A stretch of 55,172 nucleotides of DNA from a virus (lineage: Duplodnaviria > Caudoviricetes). Below are positions 29,000-37,978 of this stretch, one piece after another. The stretch covers positions 1-55,172 of IMG/VR virus record IMGVR_UViG_3300044982_000113; one strand, written 5' to 3'. Both the position numbers and the translations under genes were made by a program. Within the stretch, counting starts at the first letter, position 1; each line of letters begins with the position of its first letter. The notes beneath the pieces were generated by a model. It ran no database searches, was not told the DNA's origin, and saw nothing but the letters and a program-made list of their open reading frames with translations.

Positions 29000-31174
29000 A
29001 TGGCTACCCCGGAAGGTCTTCCAACAGTAACTCTAGCCGGGCAGTATCTTGAGCCCGACATTCTCGGTACCCCTATGCAGGGTAGCTTGGTGTTCTCCCC
29101 CTCGGTGAGTCTGGTAACCTTCCCAGATCAGAACGTCCTCATCACCGGATCCATATCCGTGAACCTCGATGAGACCGGCTCCTTCACCATCACCATGATC
29201 GCCACGGATACTGCTCACGCTAACCCCAGTGGTTGGTCGTTCACAGTAACCGAGAAGATCGTCGGGGTCAAGAACCGGATCTACAACATCTTCTTGCCTT
29301 ACACCACCGAGACGATCAATCTCGCCGACATTACTCCGACCGATGCGGCGCCGGTATATCTCCCAGTGGTTGGACCTCAGGGTCCTCCGGGAGTCATTAC
29401 GACCTTGAACGGTTACTCGGCTTCTACGGTTGACCTCGATGCCGCGGACGTTGGAGCAATCGCCACCTCGGCCAAGGGTGCAGCTTCTGGGGTGGCTTCG
29501 CTGGACTCGAGTGGGTTGGTACTGGCAACTGAGTTGAACCTGGCTCAGTCAACCGACTTTCCCAACTCGATCAGTTCCACCAACAACCCTGGCACCTCAG
29601 CTCGAATAGCCAGGTTGGACCACACTCACTCGGGCATGGACCTGGTTTCCGGTCAGACCGCAGCCGGCGCCAAGGTGTTCTCGACGTCAGTGCAGTCTGC
29701 TGCGTTGGGTGTGGGAATCGCTCCGTCCTCGGCTCGCAGCCAGATCTCATCCAATGCTCAGGAGATAGTCCTCCTGGTTCAGCAGAACATCGCCAGTCCC
29801 ACCAACCCTATCTTTTTGGTTACCTCAACAGGTGCCAACGACATCGCATTTGGTACTGCGGTGGGTGGGGATGCGGACGATCGATTCAACTTCCAGGTAG
29901 GTGGGAAGCTGAGCTGGGGAACTGGTGCGGCGGTTTCCGACACCTCGCTTCTACGGTCTAACGTCAATGAGTTGACCACAGGACTGTTGGTGGTCTCCAC
30001 ACCGACCTCGACTGGCCATGCAACCACCAAGGCTTACGTCGATGGGTCGGCAACCTACACCGGCACGAAGACCTTCAGCAATGCTTCCTCGAGTGCCTTG
30101 GCTGCGGTCACCATCGCCACCGGGGACACCAACGACCGATTCACCCTCAACATCAGTGGTCTGATGTCCTGGGGTCCTGGAACTGCCGCGACCGATGTGA
30201 CCTTGTACCGAGAGTCATCAGGAGTCCTGGGAGTTACCGGCCAGCTCATCATCGACATCGCTGCACCGACGGCGGCTGGTCACGTTACCCGGAAGGACTA
30301 CGTAGACAATAACTACGTCAGTCTTGCTGGCACACAGACCATCACAGGTGCCAAGACCATCACCGGCACTGGTACCATGTTGCAGGTGCTCAGGACTTCA
30401 GGAACAGCCGCTGGGGTTTACATCTACAACAGTACCGCCTCGGGTGTCGGCATCAACCTTAACGTCACTGCTTACTCCACTGACCGAATCATCTCATCGG
30501 GTCTAGTGGCTGATACGGTATCTCCGTTCAGTATCTATGGAGATGGTCAGCATCAGTGGGGTGCGGGTGGCAGTGCTGCGCGAGACACCAACCTGTACCG
30601 CAAGGCTGCCAACGTACTGGCTACGGATGACAACCTCTCGGTGGGAATGGACCTCTACCTACCTGGCGGCACATTCCGTAACACTCTCTCCAGCGCGGTT
30701 ACCGTGGCCAATACGGTCACCGAGACTATCCTAGCTTCCTGCACCATCCCTGCATCCGACATGGTCGTGGGGGCTGATTACCGTATAACCGCATGGGGAA
30801 TAGCCTCGGTTACTGGTACCCCGACCATCACGTTCAACGCTCGGATCGGTGGGGTGGCGGGCGGTAAGCTGGGTGGGTCGGGTGCACGGACTGCCCAGAG
30901 CGGAGCGGCAACTCGGCCCTGGAAGGTGGAACTTCAGTTCACTTGCCTGTCCACAGGAACTACTGGAACCACCTTTGGTAACGTAGTGACCTCAGAGATC
31001 ATCAGCGTTTCCGGCGGATTCCCCGGTCCTGCCGCTGTGATCATGGACGGCAGTTCTGCTGTGACGGTCAATACCACAGTTTCTCAAGTACTCTGCATCA
31101 CCGCCGTCTGGTCGGCTGCATCCGCCTCGAACACGGTTACCTGCGAGGGTTGGACCGCGGAACGGGTCAGCTAA
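29000..31174 (+). CDS. Tail fibre / appendage protein
   Basis: 'GPQGPPG', 'GVASLDSSG', two H.T.K.YVD motifs, three internal repeats. Confidence 0.8.
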   Translation: MATPEGLPTVTLAGQYLEPDILGTPMQGSLVFSPSVSLVTFPDQNVLITGSISVNLDETGSFTITMIATDTAHANPSGWSFTVTEKIVGVKNRIYNIFLPYTTETINLADITPTDAAPVYLPVVGPQGPPGVITTLNGYSASTVDLDAADVGAIATSAKGAASGVASLDSSGLVLATELNLAQSTDFPNSISSTNNPGTSARIARLDHTHSGMDLVSGQTAAGAKVFSTSVQSAALGVGIAPSSARSQISSNAQEIVLLVQQNIASPTNPIFLVTSTGANDIAFGTAVGGDADDRFNFQVGGKLSWGTGAAVSDTSLLRSNVNELTTGLLVVSTPTSTGHATTKAYVDGSATYTGTKTFSNASSSALAAVTIATGDTNDRFTLNISGLMSWGPGTAATDVTLYRESSGVLGVTGQLIIDIAAPTAAGHVTRKDYVDNNYVSLAGTQTITGAKTITGTGTMLQVLRTSGTAAGVYIYNSTASGVGINLNVTAYSTDRIISSGLVADTVSPFSIYGDGQHQWGAGGSAARDTNLYRKAANVLATDDNLSVGMDLYLPGGTFRNTLSSAVTVANTVTETILASCTIPASDMVVGADYRITAWGIASVTGTPTITFNARIGGVAGGKLGGSGARTAQSGAATRPWKVELQFTCLSTGTTGTTFGNVVTSEIISVSGGFPGPAAVIMDGSSAVTVNTTVSQVLCITAVWSAASASNTVTCEGWTAERVS

Positions 31175-31182
31175 ACAATACT

Positions 31183-31221
31183 GGGCCCTCCACACCGATC
31201 AGCCTTGGGTGTGGAGGGCCC
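31183..31221 (+). terminator. 14-bp hairpin ending the late operon
   Basis: GGGCCCTCCACACC...GGTGTGGAGGGCCC-TT. Confidence 0.75.
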
Positions 31222-31364
31222 TTCGTCGCGTCGCGATCAGTGCGCATGATGCACTTTGGATGATCGTAGGGAAGTCAGGGGTCGACGAGCTCAGGTCGAT
31301 TGATGAATTGGGCGATGGGCCATGCCGCAATGATTAGGGAAGTACAGGGCGATTGATACACACC

Positions 31365-31420
31365 AAAAAGCCCTCGCACCGGTTCGCAGTTCCGGACCCA
31401 GGATAGGATATGCGAGGGCT
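31365..31420 (-). terminator. Intrinsic terminator of the leftward unit
   Basis: Minus strand AGCCCTCGCA...TGCGAGGGCT-TTTT. Confidence 0.65.
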
Positions 31421-31480
31421 AATCGGAGTAAGCATCAGCTTCTTCCGAGGGAGTTTCCAGCTCCCAGCTTCAGCTTACTA

Positions 31481-31620
31481 GTGGAGGTGGGGGATTCGAA
31501 CCCCCTGGTGACCGTCTCATCAGCCACTTTACCATGCCCGCGTCCGAGCCCTCCTTGAATGGGGCGCCCTACTAAGCCGGGTCGTTTTAAAGCTGCGCGG
31601 CGTTGAAAGCGCAGACCCCC
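31481..31620 (-). ncRNA. Non-canonical tRNA-/tmRNA-like structured RNA (~140 nt)
   Basis: 5' GGGGGU pairs with 3' ACCUCC-A including a G.U pair; canonical T-arm GGGGG-UUCGAAU-CCCCC; three further stems. Confidence 0.65.
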
Positions 31621-31629
31621 ATGAGGATG

Positions 31630-32289
31630 TTACTCGCCGTCGTCGTCGAGGTCGAGCTCCTCGTCGTCCTCGACCTCCTCGACGACCGGCGCCTTGCGCC
31701 GCTTCTTGGCCGGCGCCGCGGCCTTCTTGGCGGTCTTCTTCGGCGCCGGCGTCTCGTCCTCGTCGTCGTCCTCGTCGACCTCGGCCGCCGCGACCTTCTT
31801 CTTCTTGGCGGCGTCCTGGGCGGCCTTGCGCTCCTTCAGCGCGTCGAGCTTGGCCTTCTTCTCGACCTCGAGCTCGCCGCCCTTGTAGGCTTCCAGGATG
31901 GCGCGGACCTCGGGGTCGTTCGGGCCGGTCCAGTTGTAGCGGCTGCGGTTGCCGGGGACGATCTCGCGGTCGACCCGGCCGGTCTCGTCGCGGGCCATCT
32001 TGCGGATCAGGGTGCGCATGCCCCGGGGGTTGACGTCATCGCCGGTCTCGGTCTTGACCAGCTTGCAGAGGTCCTGGATGCCGAAGGTGATCTCGTCGTT
32101 GGCGGACTTCTTCTTGCCCTTGGCGGCGGGAGCCTCGTCGGCAACCTCGTCCTCCTCGAGCTCCTCCAGCTCGTCGCCATCGTCCTCCGCCTCGACCAGC
32201 TCGGAGTCGAAGTCCTCCTCCGGCGAGATCTCGGGCTCGACCGGGGCGGTCTTCGCCTTGGCCTTGCGGGCGGTGGTCTTCGCTGCCAT
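31630..32289 (-). CDS. Acidic/PAKK-rich putative DNA-binding protein with HTH-like core
   Basis: RBS AAGGAG; strong codon bias; 'IRKMARD...PGNRSRY' core related to 334..786. Confidence 0.85.
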   Translation of the reverse strand: MAAKTTARKAKAKTAPVEPEISPEEDFDSELVEAEDDGDELEELEEDEVADEAPAAKGKKKSANDEITFGIQDLCKLVKTETGDDVNPRGMRTLIRKMARDETGRVDREIVPGNRSRYNWTGPNDPEVRAILEAYKGGELEVEKKAKLDALKERKAAQDAAKKKKVAAAEVDEDDDEDETPAPKKTAKKAAAPAKKRRKAPVVEEVEDDEELDLDDDGE

Positions 32290-32355
32290 GGTAACTCCTT
32301 GGTTGGGTTGATCAGTAGTTCGACCCTCGGTGAGGGGCGTCAAGTTGATGAGCTA

Positions 32356-32384
32356 AGTTTATCCTTCCCGTCAAGCTAAGTCAA
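32356..32384 (-). promoter_or_regulatory. Leftward promoter
   Basis: TTGACT-N17-TAAACT. Confidence 0.7.
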
Positions 32385-32408
32385 GGTGGCCAGACGGTTA
32401 CGGGAACA

Positions 32409-32438
32409 TTGACCCCCCTATACGAGATCCTATATAAT
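32409..32438 (+). promoter_or_regulatory. Rightward promoter (divergent pair)
   Basis: TTGACC-N18-TATAAT. Confidence 0.8.
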
Positions 32439-32470
32439 TGCCTCATCAACGGGGCAAAGGGGAGGATGAC

Positions 32471-32854
32471 ATGGCACGGTACATCCTAATCGAGGTGGAC
32501 AACAATGCCACGGCAGAACGTCTACGCGCGCAGATTGATAATGCCGGCGAGGCAAAGGGCATGAGGGTCGTGGGGATGTTCGCCAAGACGAGTAAACTCT
32601 GCAGCTGCCCCAAACAGGTAGAAAGTCTTTACACCCGCGACAAGAAGGTAGATGTACGAGGTGCGAAGTTTGGATGGTGGCTTTGCTGTGATTGCCACCT
32701 GCCGAAGAACGGTGCGGGACAGACTCTCAGGAATCTGCTCGATGCAGTCGGCACACCGACCAAGTACCGGGATCTCTGGCTCTCAGTCAGGTGGCGCCGA
32801 GAGGGCGACCGGGTCGTCACCATTCGATCGGCTTCACCTGAAGATTGGAAGTAG
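32471..32854 (+). CDS. Hypothetical Cys-containing protein
   Basis: RBS GGAGG. Confidence 0.75.
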   Translation: MARYILIEVDNNATAERLRAQIDNAGEAKGMRVVGMFAKTSKLCSCPKQVESLYTRDKKVDVRGAKFGWWLCCDCHLPKNGAGQTLRNLLDAVGTPTKYRDLWLSVRWRREGDRVVTIRSASPEDWK

Positions 32855-32855
32855 C

Positions 32856-33140
32856 ATGCACTGGCTGATGCACTTCTCGGGTGTGGATAACCTATCGGGA
32901 CCATGGTATGGGTTCTTCTCCGGCATAGGTAGTGACCTCGGTGAATGGACTATACCCTTCGGCATCATAGTCTATCTTCGCCGGCATAACTGCGCAGTGA
33001 AGCCATGTTGGCGACTGGGTCGACACCAGACTATCGTCAAGGGCAAACCCCATATGGTATGTCGTCATCATCACGAGGATGGTCATTTGCTCGCGGAGCA
33101 CATCATTCCTCGTGAGGCCATGCAGGAATCGGGGGAGTGA
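32856..33140 (+). CDS. Membrane protein with Cys/His tail
   Basis: 'WYGFFSGIGSDLGE' TM region; HNC...CWR...CRHHH. Confidence 0.7.
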   Translation: MHWLMHFSGVDNLSGPWYGFFSGIGSDLGEWTIPFGIIVYLRRHNCAVKPCWRLGRHQTIVKGKPHMVCRHHHEDGHLLAEHIIPREAMQESGE

Positions 33141-33152
33141 TAGGGTAAGCCT

Positions 33153-33473
33153 ATGCCCTACACCAGATTGAAGTTGAAGTTTCGGGACAAGTTCATCCGG
33201 AGCACACACAAGACCACGGTGTATTACCACGTCATCGACGAGGACAGAAGTAAAGTCACGATCAACTCTCACGGTACAGCTATCTATCAGCTGTATGTCC
33301 TCTGTGGTAAACGAGTACCCACGAGGTTTCGATTCTTCTTTCAACCTCCCGAGGCCACCCAGCCCTGCAAGGGTTGTCATCTGACGCCGGCTCAGCGGGA
33401 GGCAAACAAGATGTGGCGCATGGATCAGAGCGAAAGTCACCGGGCTGGCAAGCAAGGTCCGCCACCCTTTTAG
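33153..33473 (+). CDS. Hypothetical protein
   Basis: H...LCG...CKGC metal-binding pattern. Confidence 0.65.
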   Translation: MPYTRLKLKFRDKFIRSTHKTTVYYHVIDEDRSKVTINSHGTAIYQLYVLCGKRVPTRFRFFFQPPEATQPCKGCHLTPAQREANKMWRMDQSESHRAGKQGPPPF

Positions 33474-33481
33474 GAGCATGA

Positions 33482-34963
33482 GTGAAGTACCGTTGGAGGA
33501 CTCGACCCTACCGACACCAAGTAGCGGCCGTCAAGAAGCTGTTGTCAACTGGGTACGGTGGTGCTCTACTGATGGCACCCCGGACCGGCAAGACCAAGAC
33601 CATGATCGACTACGGCTCGATCTTGTACCAAGCCAAGGATGTAAACCGCATCCTGATCTTCTGCCCGCTCTCAGTCATCGGGGTGTGGGAACGGGAGATC
33701 AAGGCTCACTCGCCCTTCGAGTCGCGCATCACAGTCTGGGATAAGGAGGCTCGCAAGAAGGGGGTGACGCTGCCCAAGTATGGTCGGGATGGCATTGACT
33801 GGGTCATCCTCAACTACGATGCCCTGTCAACTCCTGGGGCGGTGATGAAACAAGACGAATATGGCAATAAGCTGCGCTCACGCAAGCGCGGAGGTAAGTA
33901 CGACATCATGAAGGCCCTCGAACGCTGGCAGCCCCAGGTTATCGCCCTGGATGAAAGCCACCGCATCAAGTCGCCGACTGCGGTCAAATCTCGAATGCTC
34001 CACAAACTGGGCAAGGTGGCAGACTACCGGGTCATCATGACCGGTACTGTCGTGACCAAGAAGAAGCGCGTGTTCGACATTTGGTCGCAGTGGAAGTTCC
34101 TCAATCCCAGTAAGTTCCCCATGCCGTTCGGTAACTTCAAGCAGACCTATGGGGTGTGGAGGAAGCGAAATGGGTACGATCAGTGGATCAGGAACATCAA
34201 CGAGGATGGTCTCCATGCCCAGATCCACGAGGATGCATTCGCGATCAGCCGAGAAGAATGCTTCGACCTACCGCCGAGGCGAGAGCAGATCATTCCTGTT
34301 GAGCTGGATGAATCGGCTTCGGGCTATGATGACATGGCCAAAGACATGGTTGCTCGGATTCACACCGGCGAGATCACGACGGCATCAATCGCGCTTGTGC
34401 AGTCGCTCCGACTCCGTCAGATGACCTCAGGCATCGCCAAGACTGAGCCCACGACTGAGCACCCCGAAGGCCGACTCGTTCGTGTGGGACGAGAGAAACT
34501 CGATGTCATGAGGGACATTCTCTCCGACCTTTTCGAGGCGGATGAGAAGGTGGTAGTAGGTGCACACTTCGTCGGTGACATCGTGGCTATCAAGGCGATG
34601 TGCGAGAAGCTCAAGGTGGATTGCTTCGTCCTCCGAGGTGGTATCCCCCGTAAACAACGAGATGCTGACATCGAGGCATTCAGGGTCCACACAGGGCCAG
34701 CTTGCTTCGTTGCACAACCTCAGGCGGCATCGCTGGGGATTGACCTGAGCACCGCGTCGATCTGCATCTGGTTCAGCCTCACCCCGAGCTACGTTGACTT
34801 TACTCAGTTCGAAGACCGGATTGCGTTGTCCAATCGTTCGACGATCTATATGTACCTGCTCGCTACAGGAACAATCGACGAACTGCTTTACCAGACTCTT
34901 CAAGAGGATGGTGACGTAGCTAAGGCCATCATGGCTTCCCCGGACCGCCTCTTGCGAGAATAA
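33482..34963 (+). CDS. SNF2-family (SF2) helicase
   Basis: PRTGKT, DESH, MTGT and 'SLGIDL' motifs. Confidence 0.92.
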   Translation: MKYRWRTRPYRHQVAAVKKLLSTGYGGALLMAPRTGKTKTMIDYGSILYQAKDVNRILIFCPLSVIGVWEREIKAHSPFESRITVWDKEARKKGVTLPKYGRDGIDWVILNYDALSTPGAVMKQDEYGNKLRSRKRGGKYDIMKALERWQPQVIALDESHRIKSPTAVKSRMLHKLGKVADYRVIMTGTVVTKKKRVFDIWSQWKFLNPSKFPMPFGNFKQTYGVWRKRNGYDQWIRNINEDGLHAQIHEDAFAISREECFDLPPRREQIIPVELDESASGYDDMAKDMVARIHTGEITTASIALVQSLRLRQMTSGIAKTEPTTEHPEGRLVRVGREKLDVMRDILSDLFEADEKVVVGAHFVGDIVAIKAMCEKLKVDCFVLRGGIPRKQRDADIEAFRVHTGPACFVAQPQAASLGIDLSTASICIWFSLTPSYVDFTQFEDRIALSNRSTIYMYLLATGTIDELLYQTLQEDGDVAKAIMASPDRLLRE

Positions 34964-34979
34964 AGCTTTGCCGGGTCAA

Positions 34980-35009
34980 TTGACTCAGCATCGCTGCCTC
35001 CTATACGAT
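34980..35009 (+). promoter_or_regulatory. Promoter of the nucleotide-metabolism cluster
   Basis: TTGACT-N18-TACGAT. Confidence 0.7.
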
Positions 35010-35070
35010 TACCTTATTGCCGCCCACTTGACCGAGGTGGGGATGGTGGCACAACACTCGAGGAACTCAC

Positions 35071-35634
35071 ATGCTCATTGTTGAAGGCCCGGATGGAGCT
35101 GGCAAGACCTCTCTCATCCGACGCTTGAGTGCTGACCTGCGCTGGCCGGTAGCGCCGAAGGTCGTTGCCTCCGACACGACACCCATGGTGAACCTGGGTG
35201 CTTGGGTCGACGCCAACACCCAGCAGGGCTTCCAGCGCAAGATCTTCGACCGCCACCGACTCATCTCGGAGCCGATCTACGGCCCCTCGACGAGGTCGCA
35301 GCAGGACCAGAACTTCCTCGACCTCGGCTGGGTCGCGGAGATGAACTGGCGGTTCTACACGGCCAAGCCGATCCTGATCTACTGCATCCCTTCGCTGGAG
35401 ACGGTACGTCGGAACGTCATCAATGACCCCAACAACGCGGCGATTGCCAAGCGGATCACGGCGATCTACTCGTCCTACGTGACTCGGGCTTCGGTGGATT
35501 TCACCAGCGCCAGCACGTCGGCCAAGCTCTACAACTACGAGACGACCTTGTACGAGGACGTTCTCAACTGGACTCGCCGCGAACTGATGAGTCGCGGCAT
35601 CGGCAAGAAGGAGCAGAGTGAGCAGCACGTATGA
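35071..35634 (+). CDS. Thymidylate-kinase-like dNMP kinase
   Basis: IVEGPDGAGKTS P-loop; 'IFDRH.LISEPIYG'. Confidence 0.85.
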   Translation: MLIVEGPDGAGKTSLIRRLSADLRWPVAPKVVASDTTPMVNLGAWVDANTQQGFQRKIFDRHRLISEPIYGPSTRSQQDQNFLDLGWVAEMNWRFYTAKPILIYCIPSLETVRRNVINDPNNAAIAKRITAIYSSYVTRASVDFTSASTSAKLYNYETTLYEDVLNWTRRELMSRGIGKKEQSEQHV

Positions 35635-36064
35635 CAACCAGGTCCTGACGACCCCGGTCGAACAGCGCAACGACTACGGTCCGAACTACCTGGGTGAGTG
35701 CTTCGCGGCTCAGCGACAGCTGATGGAGAAGTACCACGACATCGAGGACTCCAACGGTTCCCCGGTTCTGATGGAGGACGAGGAGGGCGATCTGAACTCT
35801 CGGGTTGTCCAGAGCAGGCTCCACGAGCTCTTCGGCTACGCCACCCGCGAGTGGGCCGAGGCGATGCAGGAGCTGAAGCTCAAGCCGTGGAAGCGGGAGG
35901 AGATCCCGACCGACATCGCCAAGTTCGTGGGTGAGGTAGGCGACCTGTTCCACTTCTTCGTCGAGTTCTGCATCACGGCGGGGATCAGCGACAAGGACCT
36001 CCGGGACGCGTACTTCAAGGAGCACGCGAAGAACCACCGACGCATCGACTCCGGCATCTACTAG
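35618..36064 (+). CDS. All-alpha NTP pyrophosphatase (dimeric dUTPase/dCTPase-like)
   Basis: 'REWAEA...KPWK...EVGDLFHFF'. Confidence 0.85.
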   Translation: MSSTYDNQVLTTPVEQRNDYGPNYLGECFAAQRQLMEKYHDIEDSNGSPVLMEDEEGDLNSRVVQSRLHELFGYATREWAEAMQELKLKPWKREEIPTDIAKFVGEVGDLFHFFVEFCITAGISDKDLRDAYFKEHAKNHRRIDSGIY

Positions 36065-36079
36065 CAAGGAACTGCTCCT

Positions 36080-36241
36080 GTGATACGCCCCGCGATCCGT
36101 CGCCGCATCGAAACAGCGATGGAACTCGCCGAGGCATGGGAGTCGGTGATGTCGGCGGTGGCTTACACTGCCGCCGGCATCATCGGCATCTTGGCCGTCA
36201 TCATGATCATCTCCGCCGGCAACAAGTTTGGATTGCTATGA
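36080..36241 (+). CDS. Small membrane protein (53 aa; not in the ORF track)
   Basis: RBS AAGGA, GTG start, one TM helix, ATGA overlap with the next gene. Confidence 0.65.
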   Translation: MIRPAIRRRIETAMELAEAWESVMSAVAYTAAGIIGILAVIMIISAGNKFGLL

Positions 36242-37278
36242 CGTCACCGAGGTTGTACACCGCCCGAACCATGACGGCCCTCCACGACGACATGGTCAAG
36301 TCGCTAGTGCTGGGTACTCCGGATCAATTGTCCACCGTGAGTGGGGTCGATGTATCGATCCACAACGTGGTGGCCTACGCCGATCGCATGGTGTGGGACT
36401 TCGACATGAAGAACTACTGGTTGACCAAGTCCAGGTGGTCGACCATGGTTCGTCAGTACCTCGACCCCGACGATGTCCAGGCTTGGTTGGACAAGTGCAG
36501 TACCGGCATCGGTAGGAAGGGCCGAGGAATCGCGGTGCTGCGCACCCGCACTGTCGCCCCCCGAGGCGGTGCCGCGACCGGCCACAGCAACAAGGAGACC
36601 CGACGATGGGGCTCTTGCATGCTGACCATCAGCTACAAGGCTGACCCCAAGCCGCAGATCACCCTGCACTCCAGGACCTCCTACCTCGGATACATCGGGG
36701 TACTGGACATGGGCATCGCCTGGATGCTGGCCAAGTACCTGGCGCACGAACTGAAGATGCCCGTCGAGGACATCAGCTTCATGTGGTACAACGAGGCGAT
36801 CCAGTGGCACTACTTCAAGTCGTTGGCCTGGATGCTCAGCAACCCCGACCTCGACGATCGGAAGATGTTCCGTCGGCTCATCCTCAAGAACAAGTCCGGC
36901 ATGGAACCGAATGAGGTCGAGATGGTCGACAACCATCCCGCGATCTACGGCAGCCGGAGATGGCTCATGAAGCTCCGCAAGGAGGATGCGGCCGGCAGTA
37001 CTTACGGCGACATGACCTACAACACCTACCGGCGAGTTCGGCGCCGATTCCACACCGAGGTGCTGGGTCACATGAAGGCCCAGACCTTCGAGGGTTGGTC
37101 CTACTACAAGCAGGGCGAGAAGGCCGGCGAGGAGAAGGAGTTCTTCAAGGCTTACCCGCCGCTGCCTTCGGTGGGCATCGACGACCTGGACCTCTCGGCC
37201 ATCAAGATGCCCTTCGGCAAGCGCTACGGTGGCGACTTCGTCGGGGGCGACGACATCGAGGATGACGACGATGAGTAA
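36238..37278 (+). CDS. Highly divergent thymidylate-synthase-fold protein
   Basis: 'SCMLTISY..ITLHSRTSYLGYIGVLDM..LAHEL..FMW..IQWH' follows the TS core spacing. Confidence 0.6.
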   Translation: MTSPRLYTARTMTALHDDMVKSLVLGTPDQLSTVSGVDVSIHNVVAYADRMVWDFDMKNYWLTKSRWSTMVRQYLDPDDVQAWLDKCSTGIGRKGRGIAVLRTRTVAPRGGAATGHSNKETRRWGSCMLTISYKADPKPQITLHSRTSYLGYIGVLDMGIAWMLAKYLAHELKMPVEDISFMWYNEAIQWHYFKSLAWMLSNPDLDDRKMFRRLILKNKSGMEPNEVEMVDNHPAIYGSRRWLMKLRKEDAAGSTYGDMTYNTYRRVRRRFHTEVLGHMKAQTFEGWSYYKQGEKAGEEKEFFKAYPPLPSVGIDDLDLSAIKMPFGKRYGGDFVGGDDIEDDDDE

Positions 37279-37792
37279 GAAGAAACAGCACAAGACCCAG
37301 CCCGGCAGTACCGGACGAACTCGGGATGCTCTTCCCAAGGCGGTGAAGCTTCCTTTCCCGCATCCGGACAATGGTCCTGAATCGGCAGGGATGGCAGAGA
37401 TTGGTCGGATCGTGATGCTCGACAATGATCCTCCCACCAAGCCCGAGCCGGTACCCCACTACTTCTGCGCGAGCGGCAAGAACGGGGAAGGCCCAGTTCG
37501 CTGCCGGCGGTGTGGGATGCATGAGGAGGGTCTGCTCATCCGGGATGAGCTCTGCTCAGGTTGGCAGGACTGGGAAGAGGACCTTCCGAGTCCTACCCCC
37601 GCCGTCCGGGCCATCAAGCGGATCCAGATCGTGGTTCTGCACAACGACAACGTCAACACCTTCCATCCCGTACCCGAGGGGGAAGGCTGGAAGATCGACC
37701 CTCCCAGCCGGACCTTGCAGATCGGCAAGGGGGTTGGTAGGGTACATGTACCGCTCGACAATGTGCGGTACTACAGCCCCCAGGAGTACTGA
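37271..37792 (+). CDS. Hypothetical protein
   Basis: Overlapping start; CRRC motif. Confidence 0.7.
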   Translation: MSKKKQHKTQPGSTGRTRDALPKAVKLPFPHPDNGPESAGMAEIGRIVMLDNDPPTKPEPVPHYFCASGKNGEGPVRCRRCGMHEEGLLIRDELCSGWQDWEEDLPSPTPAVRAIKRIQIVVLHNDNVNTFHPVPEGEGWKIDPPSRTLQIGKGVGRVHVPLDNVRYYSPQEY

Positions 37793-37793
37793 C

Positions 37794-37970
37794 ATGGCAA
37801 TGGACAACATCCAGCTCCGACGCGCTCTCGCCGAGATCGACGGGGGCATCGAGGCCAACCTCCCGATCGTGGCGGTGACCGAGGAGGGGGAGATCCTGGA
37901 GATCACCTCGGTCAAGTTCTCCCACGTCGAGGGTGGTCAGATCCACATCAACGTTCAGTACATGGACTAG
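37794..37970 (+). CDS. Small hypothetical protein
   Basis: RBS AGGAG. Confidence 0.65.
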   Translation: MAMDNIQLRRALAEIDGGIEANLPIVAVTEEGEILEITSVKFSHVEGGQIHINVQYMD

Positions 37971-37978
37971 GACAACAC

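Noticed and set aside
31481-31505. tRNA/tmRNA 3' fragment as an attP core
   Set aside because: No integrase was seen, and a complementary 5' acceptor strand plus further stems exist, which favours an RNA gene
31481-31620. Canonical tRNA, and UGA recoding of the genome
   Set aside because: Length and arm spacing do not fit a cloverleaf; TGA is used as a normal stop with ATGA/GTGA overlaps and no core gene appears interrupted
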